In this document: positions 52,075-64,000 of the stretch, piece by piece
How the letters are laid out: each line of letters begins with the position of its first letter
Numbering within the stretch: the first letter of the stretch is position 1
From: Octopus sinensis
Lineage: Eukaryota
Length of the DNA stretch: 64,000 nt
Assembly: GCF_006345805.1 (NCBI RefSeq)
Contig: NC_043003.1
Span: forward strand, 43,028,001-43,092,000
Reading direction: 5' to 3'
The notes under the pieces: generated by a model
What the model saw: the letters and a program-made list of their open reading frames with translations, nothing else
Told to the model about the DNA's origin: nothing
The model's database searches: none
Program-made: the position numbers and the translations under genes

Positions 52075-53122
52075 GTGTTCTGACATCCCTTTCTTATCAC
52101 ACCTAAGGCACCCAAAATAACAGGAACAGTTCTCGCTTTAACATGCCACTAATTTTGTATTTCGATTTCCAGGTCCTCATATGTACTTAATTTCTCAAAT
52201 GCCTTTACAGATATAATTTTATCAGTGAGAACACCTACATCTATTAGTGTAGAAGTATTATCTTCCCTGTCTTGAATGACTGTCTTGTTGCATTAGGCTA
52301 GATTTTTATGTCGGTGGTGACTGGAAAATCCCAGACCATAATGACATTTTCACCTTCAACAACTGGCTCAGGATGATATTCGTATCTGTAAGCAGGAATG
52401 TGGATTTGAAGAGTTTACATATTTACCAATGTAAATACTGTCCTACCCTATCGTGGCGATCTTTGAGAAGGTCTATTGCTTCGTGAAATGTATCCCAGAA
52501 TCCGCGTTTAGGGTCACAACCGTTTTGAAGAATTTTAGCCTGTTAGATTTTGGTAAGCAGCTAATATGAAACGTTCAGTCTCTGCTTTCGGTCCTGAACT
52601 TCTCAGACACTGATGGCTTCGAAGTATATACTGCCCACGCAGAAGATTCTGTCTTCACCGTTATCCAGTTTGTTTCTTCCCGTTCTTTTTGAAGAGTGTT
52701 TGATCAGTTTTGCATGTTTGGTGGCAATGGTTCTTCATCCGTTTGGTGGCAGTGGTTCTTAGTTCTTCATTTAATTCAGTGTCAATACCGAAGTCCCTTG
52801 CGAATTTGAAAGCTTCCTTGACAATAGAAAGTGACCTTTTGCTGATTTCGTGTTTGCATACAAGTCGCCGCATCCACTCCTCTGTACTAGATAGATACTT
52901 ATTCATTGCTATTGTGGAGGTTTTGCAGCAGAGGTTTACCTACACAATTCCTCTTCTCCCATTACTTCTACGTAGGTACAAGCGATGAACGTCTGCTTTT
53001 GGGTAGTGCATGTTCTCAGATGTTAGTAATTTTCTTGCCTCCCTGTCCAGGTGTTGGAGCTATGTAAGATTCCAGTGAATGATGTTAAAACTATATTGAA
53101 CCACCGGAAGTTCCAGGGGGTT
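52075..53122 (-). mobile_element. R4/Dong-type non-LTR retrotransposon relic (post-RT region + restriction-like endonuclease)
   Basis: Translates AINPLELPVVQYSFNIIHW..LDREARKLLT..HYPKADVHRLYLRR..G.RG, then RHDRVGQYLHW*ICK, WDFPVTTD, LIDV, EKLSTYEDLEIE and VPVILGALG, typical of RLE-encoding R4/Dong-like elements. Confidence 0.85.
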
Positions 53123-53134
53123 AATGGCTTCGAT

Positions 53135-53144
53135 GCTGCTGCTG

Positions 53145-53214
<70 letters not shown>

Positions 53215-53240
53215 CACTACTATTATTATCATTATTATTA

Positions 53241-53280
<40 letters not shown>

Positions 53281-53284
53281 CATT
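53135..53284. repeat. Compound (GCT)(ACT)n(ATT)n trinucleotide array
   Basis: Direct inspection. Confidence 0.95.
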
Positions 53285-53285
53285 A

Positions 53286-53839
53286 AGTGAGAGAGCAGTG
53301 CATGCCATCAAAGTGACACTGGGGTAAAATATACGAAGCCCAGTATACCCATCATGACTACCCGTCTGATAAGTGTACACTAGGCACATGCATCACAACC
53401 ATATGTGTGTGACATGGTGATCTCATATCAAGATAAACAGCGCATGACCTTGCAGGTGGGGCCCAGTTAGAATTTTCTTCTGGTCAAGTAGCCCATCCCG
53501 CTCAAACGGTCCCTGAATAAAGATTGTTTAAGGATGTTGAATGAACCATCCATGTCTCCAAAGGTGAATTATCCAAACTTCCAAGAATCCCTCTCAACAC
53601 ATGGCTATGCTGCTCCGCTACTACTTCTGCTCGTGGTCAGAGATGCACATATCGTCAGCCACTAAGGGACATGCTCAACTGATTAAGGTCAAACAACTAA
53701 CAAGCAAATCTGTGGTATTGAGCAGAATCTTTGCTGTAGCCCATCTTTTATCCCAAGACAAAACAATGTACATGATAACACTTCCAATCAGTTGAGATCA
53801 GAAGCCACGAGAACCACTGCCTGGTACTGTATCAGGGCA
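53286..53839. mobile_element. ~540-bp non-coding interspersed element, copy 2
   Basis: GTGAGAGAGCAGTGCATGCCATCAAAGTGACACTGGGG...CTGTATCAGGGCA, flanked on both sides by (TTA)n. Confidence 0.9.
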
Positions 53840-53952
53840 TTTATTATTATGATTCTTCTTCTTCTTCTTCTTCTTCTTCTTCTTCTTCTTCTTCTTCTTC
53901 TTCTTCTTCTTCTTCTTCTTCTTCTTCTTCTTCTTCTTCTTCTTCTTCTTCT

Positions 53953-53983
<31 letters not shown>

Positions 53984-54039
53984 TTATTATTATTATTCTT
54001 CTTCTTCTTATTAGTATTATTATTATTATTATTATTATA

Positions 54040-54086
<47 letters not shown>
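53840..54086. repeat. Compound (TTA)(TTC)n(TTA)n array
   Basis: Direct inspection. Confidence 0.95.
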
Positions 54087-54628
54087 GAGTGAGAGAGCAG
54101 TTCATGCCATCAAAGTGACACTGGGGTAAAATATACGAAGCCCAATATACCCATCATGACTACCCGTCTGATAAAGGGACACCAGGCACATGCATCACAA
54201 CCATATGTGCGCGACATGCTGATCTCAATATCAAGATAAACAGCACATGACCTTGCAGGTGGGGCCCAGTTAGAATTTTCTTCAGGTTGAGTAGCCCATC
54301 CCGCTCAAACGGTCCCTGAATAAGGGTTGTTTAAGGATGTGAAAGAACCACCCATGTTTCCAGAGGTGAACTATTCAAACCCAAAAGAATCCCTCTCAAC
54401 ACATGGCTATGATGCTCCCCCACTACTTCTGCTCGTGATCAGAGATGCACATATCGTCAGCCACTAGGGACATGCTCAACTGGTTAAGGTCAAACACTGA
54501 CAAGCAAATCTGTGGTATTGAGCAGAATATTGCTGTAGCCCATCTTTTATACCAAGACAAAACAATGTACATGATAACACTTCCAATCAGTTAAGATCAG
54601 AAGCCATGAGAGCCACTGCATCAGGGCA
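54087..54628. mobile_element. ~540-bp non-coding interspersed element, copy 3
   Basis: Same ends and orientation as copy 2, flanked by (TTA)n. Confidence 0.9.
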
Positions 54629-54822
54629 AATTATTATTATTATTATTATTGCGGTTGTTGTTGCTCTTGTTGTTACTGATGTTATACTTATTTATCAACT
54701 TATCTTTACCTAGCGATAATTCTTTGGTGCTTTCCTAGTTATTTCGCTTATGTAATGTCACCAACTCGGTATGTCCTTGTGGGCAATAAGGTATATTCTA
54801 ATTATTATTCCTATTAATATAT

Positions 54823-55235
54823 TTCTTCTTCTTCTTCTTCTTCTTCTTCTTCTTCTTCTTCTTCTTCTTCTTCTTCTTCTTCTTCTTCTTCTTCTTCTTC
54901 TTCTTCTTCTTCTTCTTCTTCTTCTTCTTCTTCTTCTTCTTCTCATTATTATTATTATTATTATTATTATGTCTTATTTTTATTGTGTGTTTTCAATATT
55001 CAGCAGAGCGCAGTTCTTTTGTGCCTAGAGTGACTTTCGCGTGATATTTCGTTTTATGTTTTCCATTGTATTGAAAATATGCTTCGTAACATGTGTGCAG
55101 TGCCTCTTGGTAATATTTTGTGTATGTCGTTTATGGCCTGTAGATTTGGTTATATATTTGTCTGCATCTTTTAAAATAATTCCTAATGAATCTATTCTTA
55201 AAATAGTTGCTGAAAATGTTTACCTCATGGCACTA

Positions 55236-55274
<39 letters not shown>

Positions 55275-55317
55275 TATTATTATTATTATTATATTATTAT
55301 TATTATTTTTCATCTTA

Positions 55318-55381
<64 letters not shown>

Positions 55382-55390
55382 TATTATTAC
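54823..55390. repeat. (TTC)n and (TTA)n arrays
   Basis: Direct inspection (54823-54970 and 55215-55390). Confidence 0.9.
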
Positions 55391-56194
55391 AGTAAGTTAC
55401 TGACCTCCTCAGACGTGTTTCCAAATAGCTCTTCGACGCTCTGAGTTCTAATATGTTTAAATCATATGAAAGATTTTGTTTTGAATGCATATTCTGAAAC
55501 GGAGTTAAACCACAACTGTATATCTTTTTATTGTTTTTCTTTTATTTACCATTTTGTATACATATATATGAAACATGGTGACACGTCACGCCCACCAAAT
55601 GAAAAATCATGAAGGTAAAGGTGTTTTCATAGAGTTTAACCCTCACCACATACACCCATTCATACACACACATACACTCGCACACATACATACACATATA
55701 CAAAGAAAAAGAGGATATCTATGGACAACTGCTTCAAAACTTCTCTCATCAATATAATATTTCCATTTTTTAAATACAATTTGGATGTGCTATAGCCGAA
55801 TATGCACACAACCAAGCGTCATCATGTAACATATATCCAGCCAACACTTCCAAACTTTACAGAGCCGAATGTGAATACACTATTCAAACTCTATACCCAC
55901 ATGTATGCTACGTGCAATACCGCAGAAAACTGCATTATTCTATCATGCAGTAAATTATAATTTTAAATTAATAATAGAAGGGTAAATTTTATTAATTAAA
56001 TTAATTAATTAATCAATTAATTAGCAATTTCACCAAGTAGATAGGTACGTTAAAATAACCTTTATAGGGAAAATTATCCACATAATTATAATTAGGGTTC
56101 AGCTAACTGTTTCACCACATACTGAAATTAGAAAAAGGAGTTAAAAATTCCCTTCCTGCTACTATAAGAATTTCCATGACGGTATTCTTATGAT

Positions 56195-56530
56195 CTGGCG
56201 CTTCTCATGGGCGATGTGTGGTACAACCTCATCTGTTTAATGTGTACTACCAGAGTATCACATACAGTGCTGGAGTGCGACAAGAGTACAATGGGCGTGA
56301 AGTCTTCTCGGATGTAAATTGCCACTCCTCCATGAGACCTTTCTCGTATATCGGTCCGTAGCACGACATACCTGGTATGTGTACCTCGGCGTCCGTTACA
56401 TCGACATGTAGGTGTGTTTCTGTTAGTGACACGCATATTGCTTCATTGCATACCAAAAGGTCTCTTAGAAATTGCTTTTTACGTTGGTGGAGTGTTATAA
56501 GTTCCCTAAGTTTTTGTTTATTATCACCCA
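56195..56530 (-). mobile_element. LINE apurinic-like endonuclease N-terminal fragment (CR1/L2-type), frameshifted
   Basis: AICVSLTETHLHVDVTDAEVHIPG, then YVVLRTDIRERSHGGVAIYIRED..DTLVVHIK (the TETWL and R.DR...GGVA.Y motifs). Confidence 0.85.
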
Positions 56531-56625
56531 CAGCAATACGATGTAATTACTTGTGTATACATTAATCCGTTCGCACACACACATATACATACAAATACAC
56601 ACTCATATATATATATATATATATT

Positions 56626-56681
<56 letters not shown>

Positions 56682-56781
56682 NNNNNNNNNNNNNNNNNNN
56701 NNNNNNNNNNNNNNNNNNNNNNNNNNNNNNNNNNNNNNNNNNNNNNNNNNNNNNNNNNNNNNNNNNNNNNNNNNNNNNNNN
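56682..56781. other. Assembly gap (100 N) after a (GA)n tract
   Basis: Direct inspection. Confidence 0.99.
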
Positions 56782-56830
56782 ATCGTCCTGGGGGTCGGCA
56801 AGAGGCAGCCTGTAGACAGCCAACACGGGT

Positions 56831-57005
56831 GAATGGTACGCCAGTCCATCGCAGTGTTACTCATTTTTACCAGCTGAGTGGACTGGAGCAACGTGAAATG
56901 AAGTGTTTTGCTCAAGAACACAACGCGTCGCCCGGTCCAAGAATCGAAATCACAATCTTGCGATCATGATGCTGACACCCTAACCACTAAGCCTCGCGCT
57001 TCCAC
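56831..57005 (-). mobile_element. tRNA SINE, body B + truncated tail X
   Basis: Minus strand: GTGGAAGCGCGAGGCTTAGTGGTTAGGG..TTGTGTTCTTGAGCAAAACAC..CTCAGCTGGTAAAAATGAGTAACACTGCGATGGACTGGCGT. Confidence 0.85.
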
Positions 57006-58106
57006 TATCGATATAGGTACAGAACAAAGTTTTTCCTTAGATGACTGCTTGCGGATATAGAGGGGAGAATCTCAGCATAGGGATTAAATCAGATTAACTT
57101 TGGATAAATATATTTCCACTTTAAGTAACAATATTGAGTTCTTTCTTGTGATTAATAGCATTTCCCAGCAGCGTTATATGACCAGCCCAGTGCACACAAG
57201 CACACATATGAACGGAAAAAAGACGACTTGTAAGTGAGTGTGTTTCTTAAGAGAAAGGGTCGCCTTATGAATCACCAATATAATGTTTCCTCTAAATGGG
57301 GTGACATATGAATTGGTGCGTATGAAACGGTTTCTTATTAATGTCACATTCGTATTGGAGTTGTTATTGATTGATTGACTGCTATCGGCTTCTTCATCCA
57401 TCGTCAATGTTGAAAGCATTAGGTAGGAATTCGATCGCGTGTTAACCGTTCAGGCGATTCTTCGACTTAATTAGATAACCACGTTTCTTTGGTCCGAAAC
57501 ATTGCACTGCTTCTTTTTCATCTCACTGCGAACAACCATGACAGAATGAGAAATACATGATTGAAAAGTATGTGTGTGTATATACATACACATGCTCACA
57601 AACGCTCGCGCATGCACGCATACACACAAATACCCACACGCATACGCACACACGTATCGAGTTACGTTAGTAGATGTATTTATTGAAAGAAGACTACAGA
57701 TAGAGAGGAAAATGAGTAATGTTTCTAATTGAGGTATAAGTTTGAGAAGAGTCGGTTAGTGGATACCACCAAACCTAGCTCTTCAGTCGTACTTTATTTT
57801 ATCGACCTCGAAAGGAGGAAGCTCTACTTTAAACACGGCGAAATTTGGACATAGAAAATAAAAAGCTGCAAGAAATATCGCATAACATTTCCCCATGTTG
57901 AAGCTATTTAGCCAGGGCACCGCATGAAAGTAAATAAATAACATGGATACATATGGTGAACATGCAGACGTAGTTACGCACATATATTATTACATATCCA
58001 GGGAAGTATGACTAATATCAGATTGGTATGTATGATACGAGACTAGTAATAGGATATATCATAAGTTACGTGAGTTATGAATGTGGTTAAAACATTTTGT
58101 GTACCA

Positions 58107-58164
<58 letters not shown>

Positions 58165-58280
58165 CTATGAACCCATCCATCCATCCATTCATCAATCCAT
58201 CCATTTATTCATGAATCCATGCATCCAACCATCTCTTTTCTTTCACTTTCAGCATACATACAAATGTATCTACATATACA

Positions 58281-58318
<38 letters not shown>

Positions 58319-58548
58319 ATCCAAACATGAAAACACAAACAGAAAACACAACAATATATATATATATGCATATGCATATATAATGCACGTGTGTTATATA
58401 TATTTATGTGTATATATATAATGTATGTATCTATATGTATGTATGTATGTAATATATATGCACGTGTGTGTATATATATGTATGTGTATATATATGTATG
58501 TGTATCTATATGTATGTATGTATGTATGTATGTAATGTATGTATGTAG

Positions 58549-58601
<53 letters not shown>

Positions 58602-59305
58602 TTACATGAGCATGTACGCATGTTGGTAAAATGACTGAGAATAAGATAAATCGAAAATAATACGAGCATTACGTTGGAACCGAAAAGAGAGTTGACCATT
58701 TATAGAGACAAAGATATAGAACGAGGGAGATTTAGGCGTATACATGTACATATGTTTGCATATATGTATATATGCATGTATGCTTTTACAGATTCAATTA
58801 TATGCGTAAATTGGTGTCTAATTGTTGACACCAATTGTTCAGTATTTTTAACCAAATCCTGAGTAATTTATTGATAACTGCCAGGATATTTTAATCCCCT
58901 TTTTATTCAAATTATATATATATATATATATATATAAATATATATAAAGTCACATGTATACATATACGTAAATATTCATGTAAACTAACGCAGAATAATA
59001 TATACATTGAAGGGGAGAAAAAGAGAGAGAGGGAATGAAAAAGCAAAAAGAGAGTGAGGGAGAGAGAAAGGCAATACGACATATTGTGTGAATGCATTAA
59101 TACAGAGACAAGGAAGTGTGTGAATGAATATATTATTCCTGATATACACAAATGCAGACACACACACAGACATACACACAAACACATGCACCCAAACACC
59201 AGCACATGAGTGCGCAAACATACTTATACATAGATGTGAACATATTTCAGACATCAATATATAGATACGATATATATATATATATATATATTTATGGATG
59301 TCTAT

Positions 59306-59344
<39 letters not shown>

Positions 59345-59454
59345 CATATACAAAGACAAACTGATAGAGTATATGGGAAGAGAACCTAGACAACGATAAA
59401 GTGATAGAAATGAAGTCAGCGAATAAGTATTTGTATGCATGTGTGTGTGTATAT

Positions 59455-59567
<113 letters not shown>

Positions 59568-59607
59568 TAGATAGATAGATATGTATGTATATACAATAGA
59601 TATGTAG

Positions 59608-59645
<38 letters not shown>

Positions 59646-60817
59646 ATATATATGCATATACATTCGTACATACACACACATATATATTAACTTGGTAGAT
59701 GCGAATTAACCCTGTATGATAAATTGAATGAAACAGATAGTAGGATTGATAGATAAATAGACAGACAGAACTATATATGTGAACACACACATATACAACT
59801 ATATATGAAGAAAGAAGGAAATAGAGAAAGATAGGGAAATAGATAGAACGAAAGTAAAAAAAAAAAGAGGGAGAAGAAAGACTTTTCCGTCTAGAGATAA
59901 ACAGTATAAAGTAAGATTGATATATAGATAACAAGATACAGATTTAGATGGGGAGACAGAGAGGTATAAATAGGAAAGTGTGAGGCTTTACGAAACAATT
60001 GAATGTTCAACTAAATGAAAGAAAATACAGACATAAAACAAACGAAAGGCAAACGATAGAACTGACTGAAAGCCGTTGCCAGTAGTAAAATTTGGCCAAA
60101 GGTCAGTTGAGCGAAAAAGCTTCCAGATTATTCGCCATTTCTCACAGACGTAAATTCTTCTATCGCTTTCTTCAGTGGTCGATTAAATTATGTTTTCGCC
60201 TGATTTCTCAATCATTCCTTATGGCCAGTCACAGACGTTTCCTTTGCCATTTCAGATATACACTATAACAACAAGAAAAACAGCAGCAAAAGGAACATAA
60301 GAGCAACAACAACAATAACAACAACAAAGCAAAATAGCAAAACAACAACAACAACAATAATGATAATGTTAATAATAATAATAATAATGATAATACTAAT
60401 GCTGACGTTAATGGTAGTGGAGCAAAAGTAAACACCCACCATTTACCATAACCATCATCCAGATATATCAGCACCAAACAATTCTTTTAGGAATCAGCAA
60501 CCTTCTTAGATAGATTCTGTCAATTGGAGAATAAATCTGAAAACGGACATATTAAGAAATCTAGTAACCTCATTTAGTTTTGAATGTACCGTTTCAGTGT
60601 TCAAATCCCACAGAAACTTACTGGGAACGTATCAAACATATGATATATTTTGGATTCACGGTATTAAATTGTAAATTAAGACACTTAGGAGCATATAAAT
60701 ATTATATAATTCTACTCTTCACTCCCACACTCTCACCCTCTCTCACCCTCTCTTTCTCTCTCTCTCTCTCTCTGTACGGTCCTTCTTGCGTTAGGTCAAA
60801 AGATTAGCTATGTGTAC

Positions 60818-60961
60818 GCGGAGAGCTGTATGCAAGGTAGTACAGCCTGTCGATGTTGTTGTTGATGAAATTTGGTAGATAGAAAGCTATTGCTAAGTCC
60901 GTAGGAGAGTTAATACTTGTGTTTGTATCGAACGTGTTGTCAGTTGTCCAGTTTAACCACT
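60818..60961 (-). CDS. Candidate coding exon, unidentified (EWLNWTTDNTFDTNTSINSPTDLAIAFYLPNFINNNIDRLYYLAYSSP)
   Basis: Open non-repeat frame, acceptor TTTACCTAG, 144 nt, phase 1-1. The donor GTACAC is weak and no homology is confirmed. Confidence 0.15.
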
Positions 60962-61136
60962 CTAGGTAAATCAGAACTCGTCTCATAGTGTAGCTGGTCT
61001 GGCATAGGGGCGCAAAAGCTGCCCATCTTTGTTGAATTTAACCACATTGATTTCGACTCTAACTCGATACTTGATCATTACATGACATGATAATTATATG
61101 ACTAATTTTTATAGTTCTTAGTCACTAGCAAAACAC

Positions 61137-61179
<43 letters not shown>

Positions 61180-61275
61180 TTCACACACACAGTCACCTCA
61201 CACACACTCACACATATAAACACACACGCATGCATGATAAACGTATGTACTGACATGCATAGTACCTACCAGCAT

Positions 61276-61316
<41 letters not shown>

Positions 61317-61317
61317 G

Positions 61318-61369
<52 letters not shown>

Positions 61370-61382
61370 GTCTATGTATCTA

Positions 61383-61439
<57 letters not shown>

Positions 61440-61520
61440 GTCTGTCTGCTTGTCTGTCTGTTTGTTTGTTTGTCTGTCTGACCGTCTGTCTGTCTGTCTG
61501 TTTGTTTCTTTCTTTATCTA
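61276..61520. repeat. (TCTA)n grading into (TCTG)n/(TTTG)n
   Basis: Direct inspection. Confidence 0.93.
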
Positions 61521-63277
61521 TCTATCTATATTGTGTGAGTGAGTGCGTGTGTGTGTTTATGTGAGTGAATATGCCTAAATACACATGGCTTCGTAAGCAG
61601 TCCCGTTAGTATAAGCGGATTTCTCACCTTTCTGTAATGAATACTAATCTATTTAATATTAATACAAACACTTTAGCTTATTGCGCTTAAACTCAAACTT
61701 CGAACGCTATGATAAAAATTATACATTAAAAATATCTATTAGAACGAAAAAGCTATAATTTGCAAATTTTCTAAAAAAAAAAAAAGTAGAAACCCTGTAG
61801 AAATGAGTCGCAATAAGAAAGTTCATAGATTGATTGTGGCAGACTCTCCTAAGAACGATGTGGAGTCATTTTTGAGAGGCATCTGAAATATAAAAAAAAT
61901 AGCAACAGCATAACGTGATTCATAACATAACAACAAAAAGTGGCTAAATAAGCTACGGAGTAAGTACTGGGCAGACGTCTCTCTGAAAATTTAAAATATT
62001 AACATTTAAACTCTCCTAACGGTTGTCGCAAAAGGGCCGAACGGTAGTCAGAACTGATTGCATTTATAGATATGAAAAACTCACTTTCTACAAGCTAGAC
62101 TTCATTAATTTGCTTCGAAAAAGAACCTCTTCTAGTGATGAGAATTAGAATGTAGTTCTGACCTACTACTTATGAGCTTTCCTCTTGGGAGTGTGGTAGA
62201 AGGTGAATTGTCTTATATTTTCTAGCATTGCAGCAAGTGTTGGTTGGATTTGTGATAAGTTTACGCAGTTTGTTTAGATAAATACAGGACCATCCATTAA
62301 ATAATTTATGTCAATGTTCCTCCAAATTTCTCACATTTCAGCATAAAAACAAAACTTTTATCGCAGTTTTCTATCTTATGAATGAGAGAGGCATGAGCAA
62401 AAAGCTGATTGTATTCTGTTAATGCAAGGCGATTGTTTTGCTTATGGAACTAGATATTTTAAGAACCCCTTGAAATAAATGCTAGAGTCATAATGGGTTG
62501 TTAAATGTTGCTACACACTTTGTGAAGATAATTTACGTAATCAAAATATGTCATTCTTTTGAAGTCGTCTGGGCTCAGCGAATTCTGTAACACTCACCTT
62601 CCATTTTTGCCGGATATTAAATAAACTGCAACCTGTCCATTTCTTCTGCGGTCTATTCCTGAATGTAGGCATTGTCTTATACTCACAAACTGTGTTTAGC
62701 AATACAAATATTGAAGTGGAAATATGTTGACTTGCCACAACAACGAGAGCAAGAACACTTAGAAATGAAATACGTATTATTACTTTTAGAAATGTGCAGT
62801 GCGAGTGAGTGAGTGTGTTTGTGTGTGTGCGTGCGTGCGTGTGTGTGCATGTGTGGGCCACGCGCACATGTGTATGTTCATTTAATTGTGTGAGGTTTGC
62901 AGATCAGAAGAATCGTTATTATGTTAAACAAAATGCCTTGATATAATTCTTCTGGCTCTCTCAACGTTCTGAATGTTCAAATTCCGCCCCTGTCAAGTTT
63001 ATATAACAGTCCTCCGGGTCGATCACATAATATGACTGTCACTTCAATTTAAGGCATTCTGCCGACATTAGAAAGAGCTATTGGAAATGTGTATCACTGA
63101 AAATACGGCTTTTTATTAAATTCTGTATTATTGTCCCTCAACAAAGTCTCTTTATACCTTTCTTTTAGTTATTCTTTCACCTGCAGTTAAATTTCCTAAT
63201 AAAGAAAATGAAAATGGCATTTCAAGTACAAGGTGTCAACAGTCTAAAGAAAAAAAAATATTAGAAAAACGAAATAT

Positions 63278-63356
<79 letters not shown>

Positions 63357-63455
63357 TGCGCTGCTGCTGCTGCTACTACTACTACTACTAGTACTACCAC
63401 TACTTGTAATAAAAGTAATAATAACAACACCACCACCATCAACAACAACAATAAC

Positions 63456-63499
<44 letters not shown>

Positions 63500-63522
63500 T
63501 AATAATAATAATAATAATAATA
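63278..63522. repeat. Compound (CTA)n(CTG)(CAC)(CAA)(TAA)n trinucleotide array
   Basis: Direct inspection. Confidence 0.93.
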
Positions 63523-63765
63523 GAATTGCAAACCAAATTAACAAGTAAAAAAAGATGGCGTTGTGAATATTTGTTGATAGTTGTGCCAAAACACGTTACT
63601 TGTTCAATACTCGAAAAAATGTCTTGTGATTGATTTCCGCTAAGTGGAGAGCAAATGTTTGGTATTGAGTTATGTCGTTACAACATGTCAAACGGAGATT
63701 GACTGATGTCAGGACGAATATCCGAGAGTTCAGTTCATTTTAATGCATGCGTACGTGAGTTCACA

Positions 63766-63841
<76 letters not shown>

Positions 63842-63919
63842 AACACACAAACACAACATACACACCTATAAACATACATATATATATAACATATGTATAA
63901 ATATAAATACATATATACA

Positions 63920-63963
<44 letters not shown>

Positions 63964-64000
63964 TATGCATACATGCGTATATATTTATTTATATGTGTGT

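Noticed and set aside
53286-53839. HDV-like ribozyme in the ~540-bp element
   Set aside because: Manual attempts did not give a consistent P1-P2-P3-P1.1 nested pseudoknot; this needs a descriptor search.
55405-55446. Hammerhead-like relic on the minus strand (CTCA..GAAGAGC..GAAACACGTC-TGAG)
   Set aside because: Stem I and GAAAC-palindrome-UC are present, but there is no CUGANGA core or stem II; at best a decayed relic.

Overview
AT-rich eukaryotic genomic DNA, intronic or intergenic, dominated by microsatellites and transposon relics. The SINE families and the (TA)n/(TATG)n/(TCTA)n load resemble an octopus/cephalopod genome; this is inferred from recalled repeat families, not a database hit. 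No host gene could be confidently identified, and nearly every ORF in the supplied track is a translated microsatellite. Recognisable elements are: about 17 tRNA-headed SINE copies from several modular families; a 5'-truncated CR1-type LINE (17.7-20.2 kb) plus two more CR1-type fragments; an R4/Dong-type RLE retroelement relic inside (TAA)n arrays; two mariner relics; a full-length decayed Tc1-type element with long TIRs; a Helitron-like element; a Gypsy integrase fragment inside a foldback minisatellite; several hairpin/MITE-like inverted repeats; and a 100-N gap. The strongest signal is a set of type I hammerhead ribozyme motifs with palindromic stem III at four loci. (1) Both arms of a ~2 kb palindrome with a 5-nt loop (20398-22423). 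(2) A 345-bp hairpin element (28.3-28.7 kb). (3) A solo element at 33.7 kb. (4) A 360-bp head-to-tail monomer carrying a fully base-paired U3-A8 covariant hammerhead (47398-47438, minus). These look like Penelope-like or retrozyme-like non-autonomous retroelements. Ribozyme activity is predicted from the sequence only.
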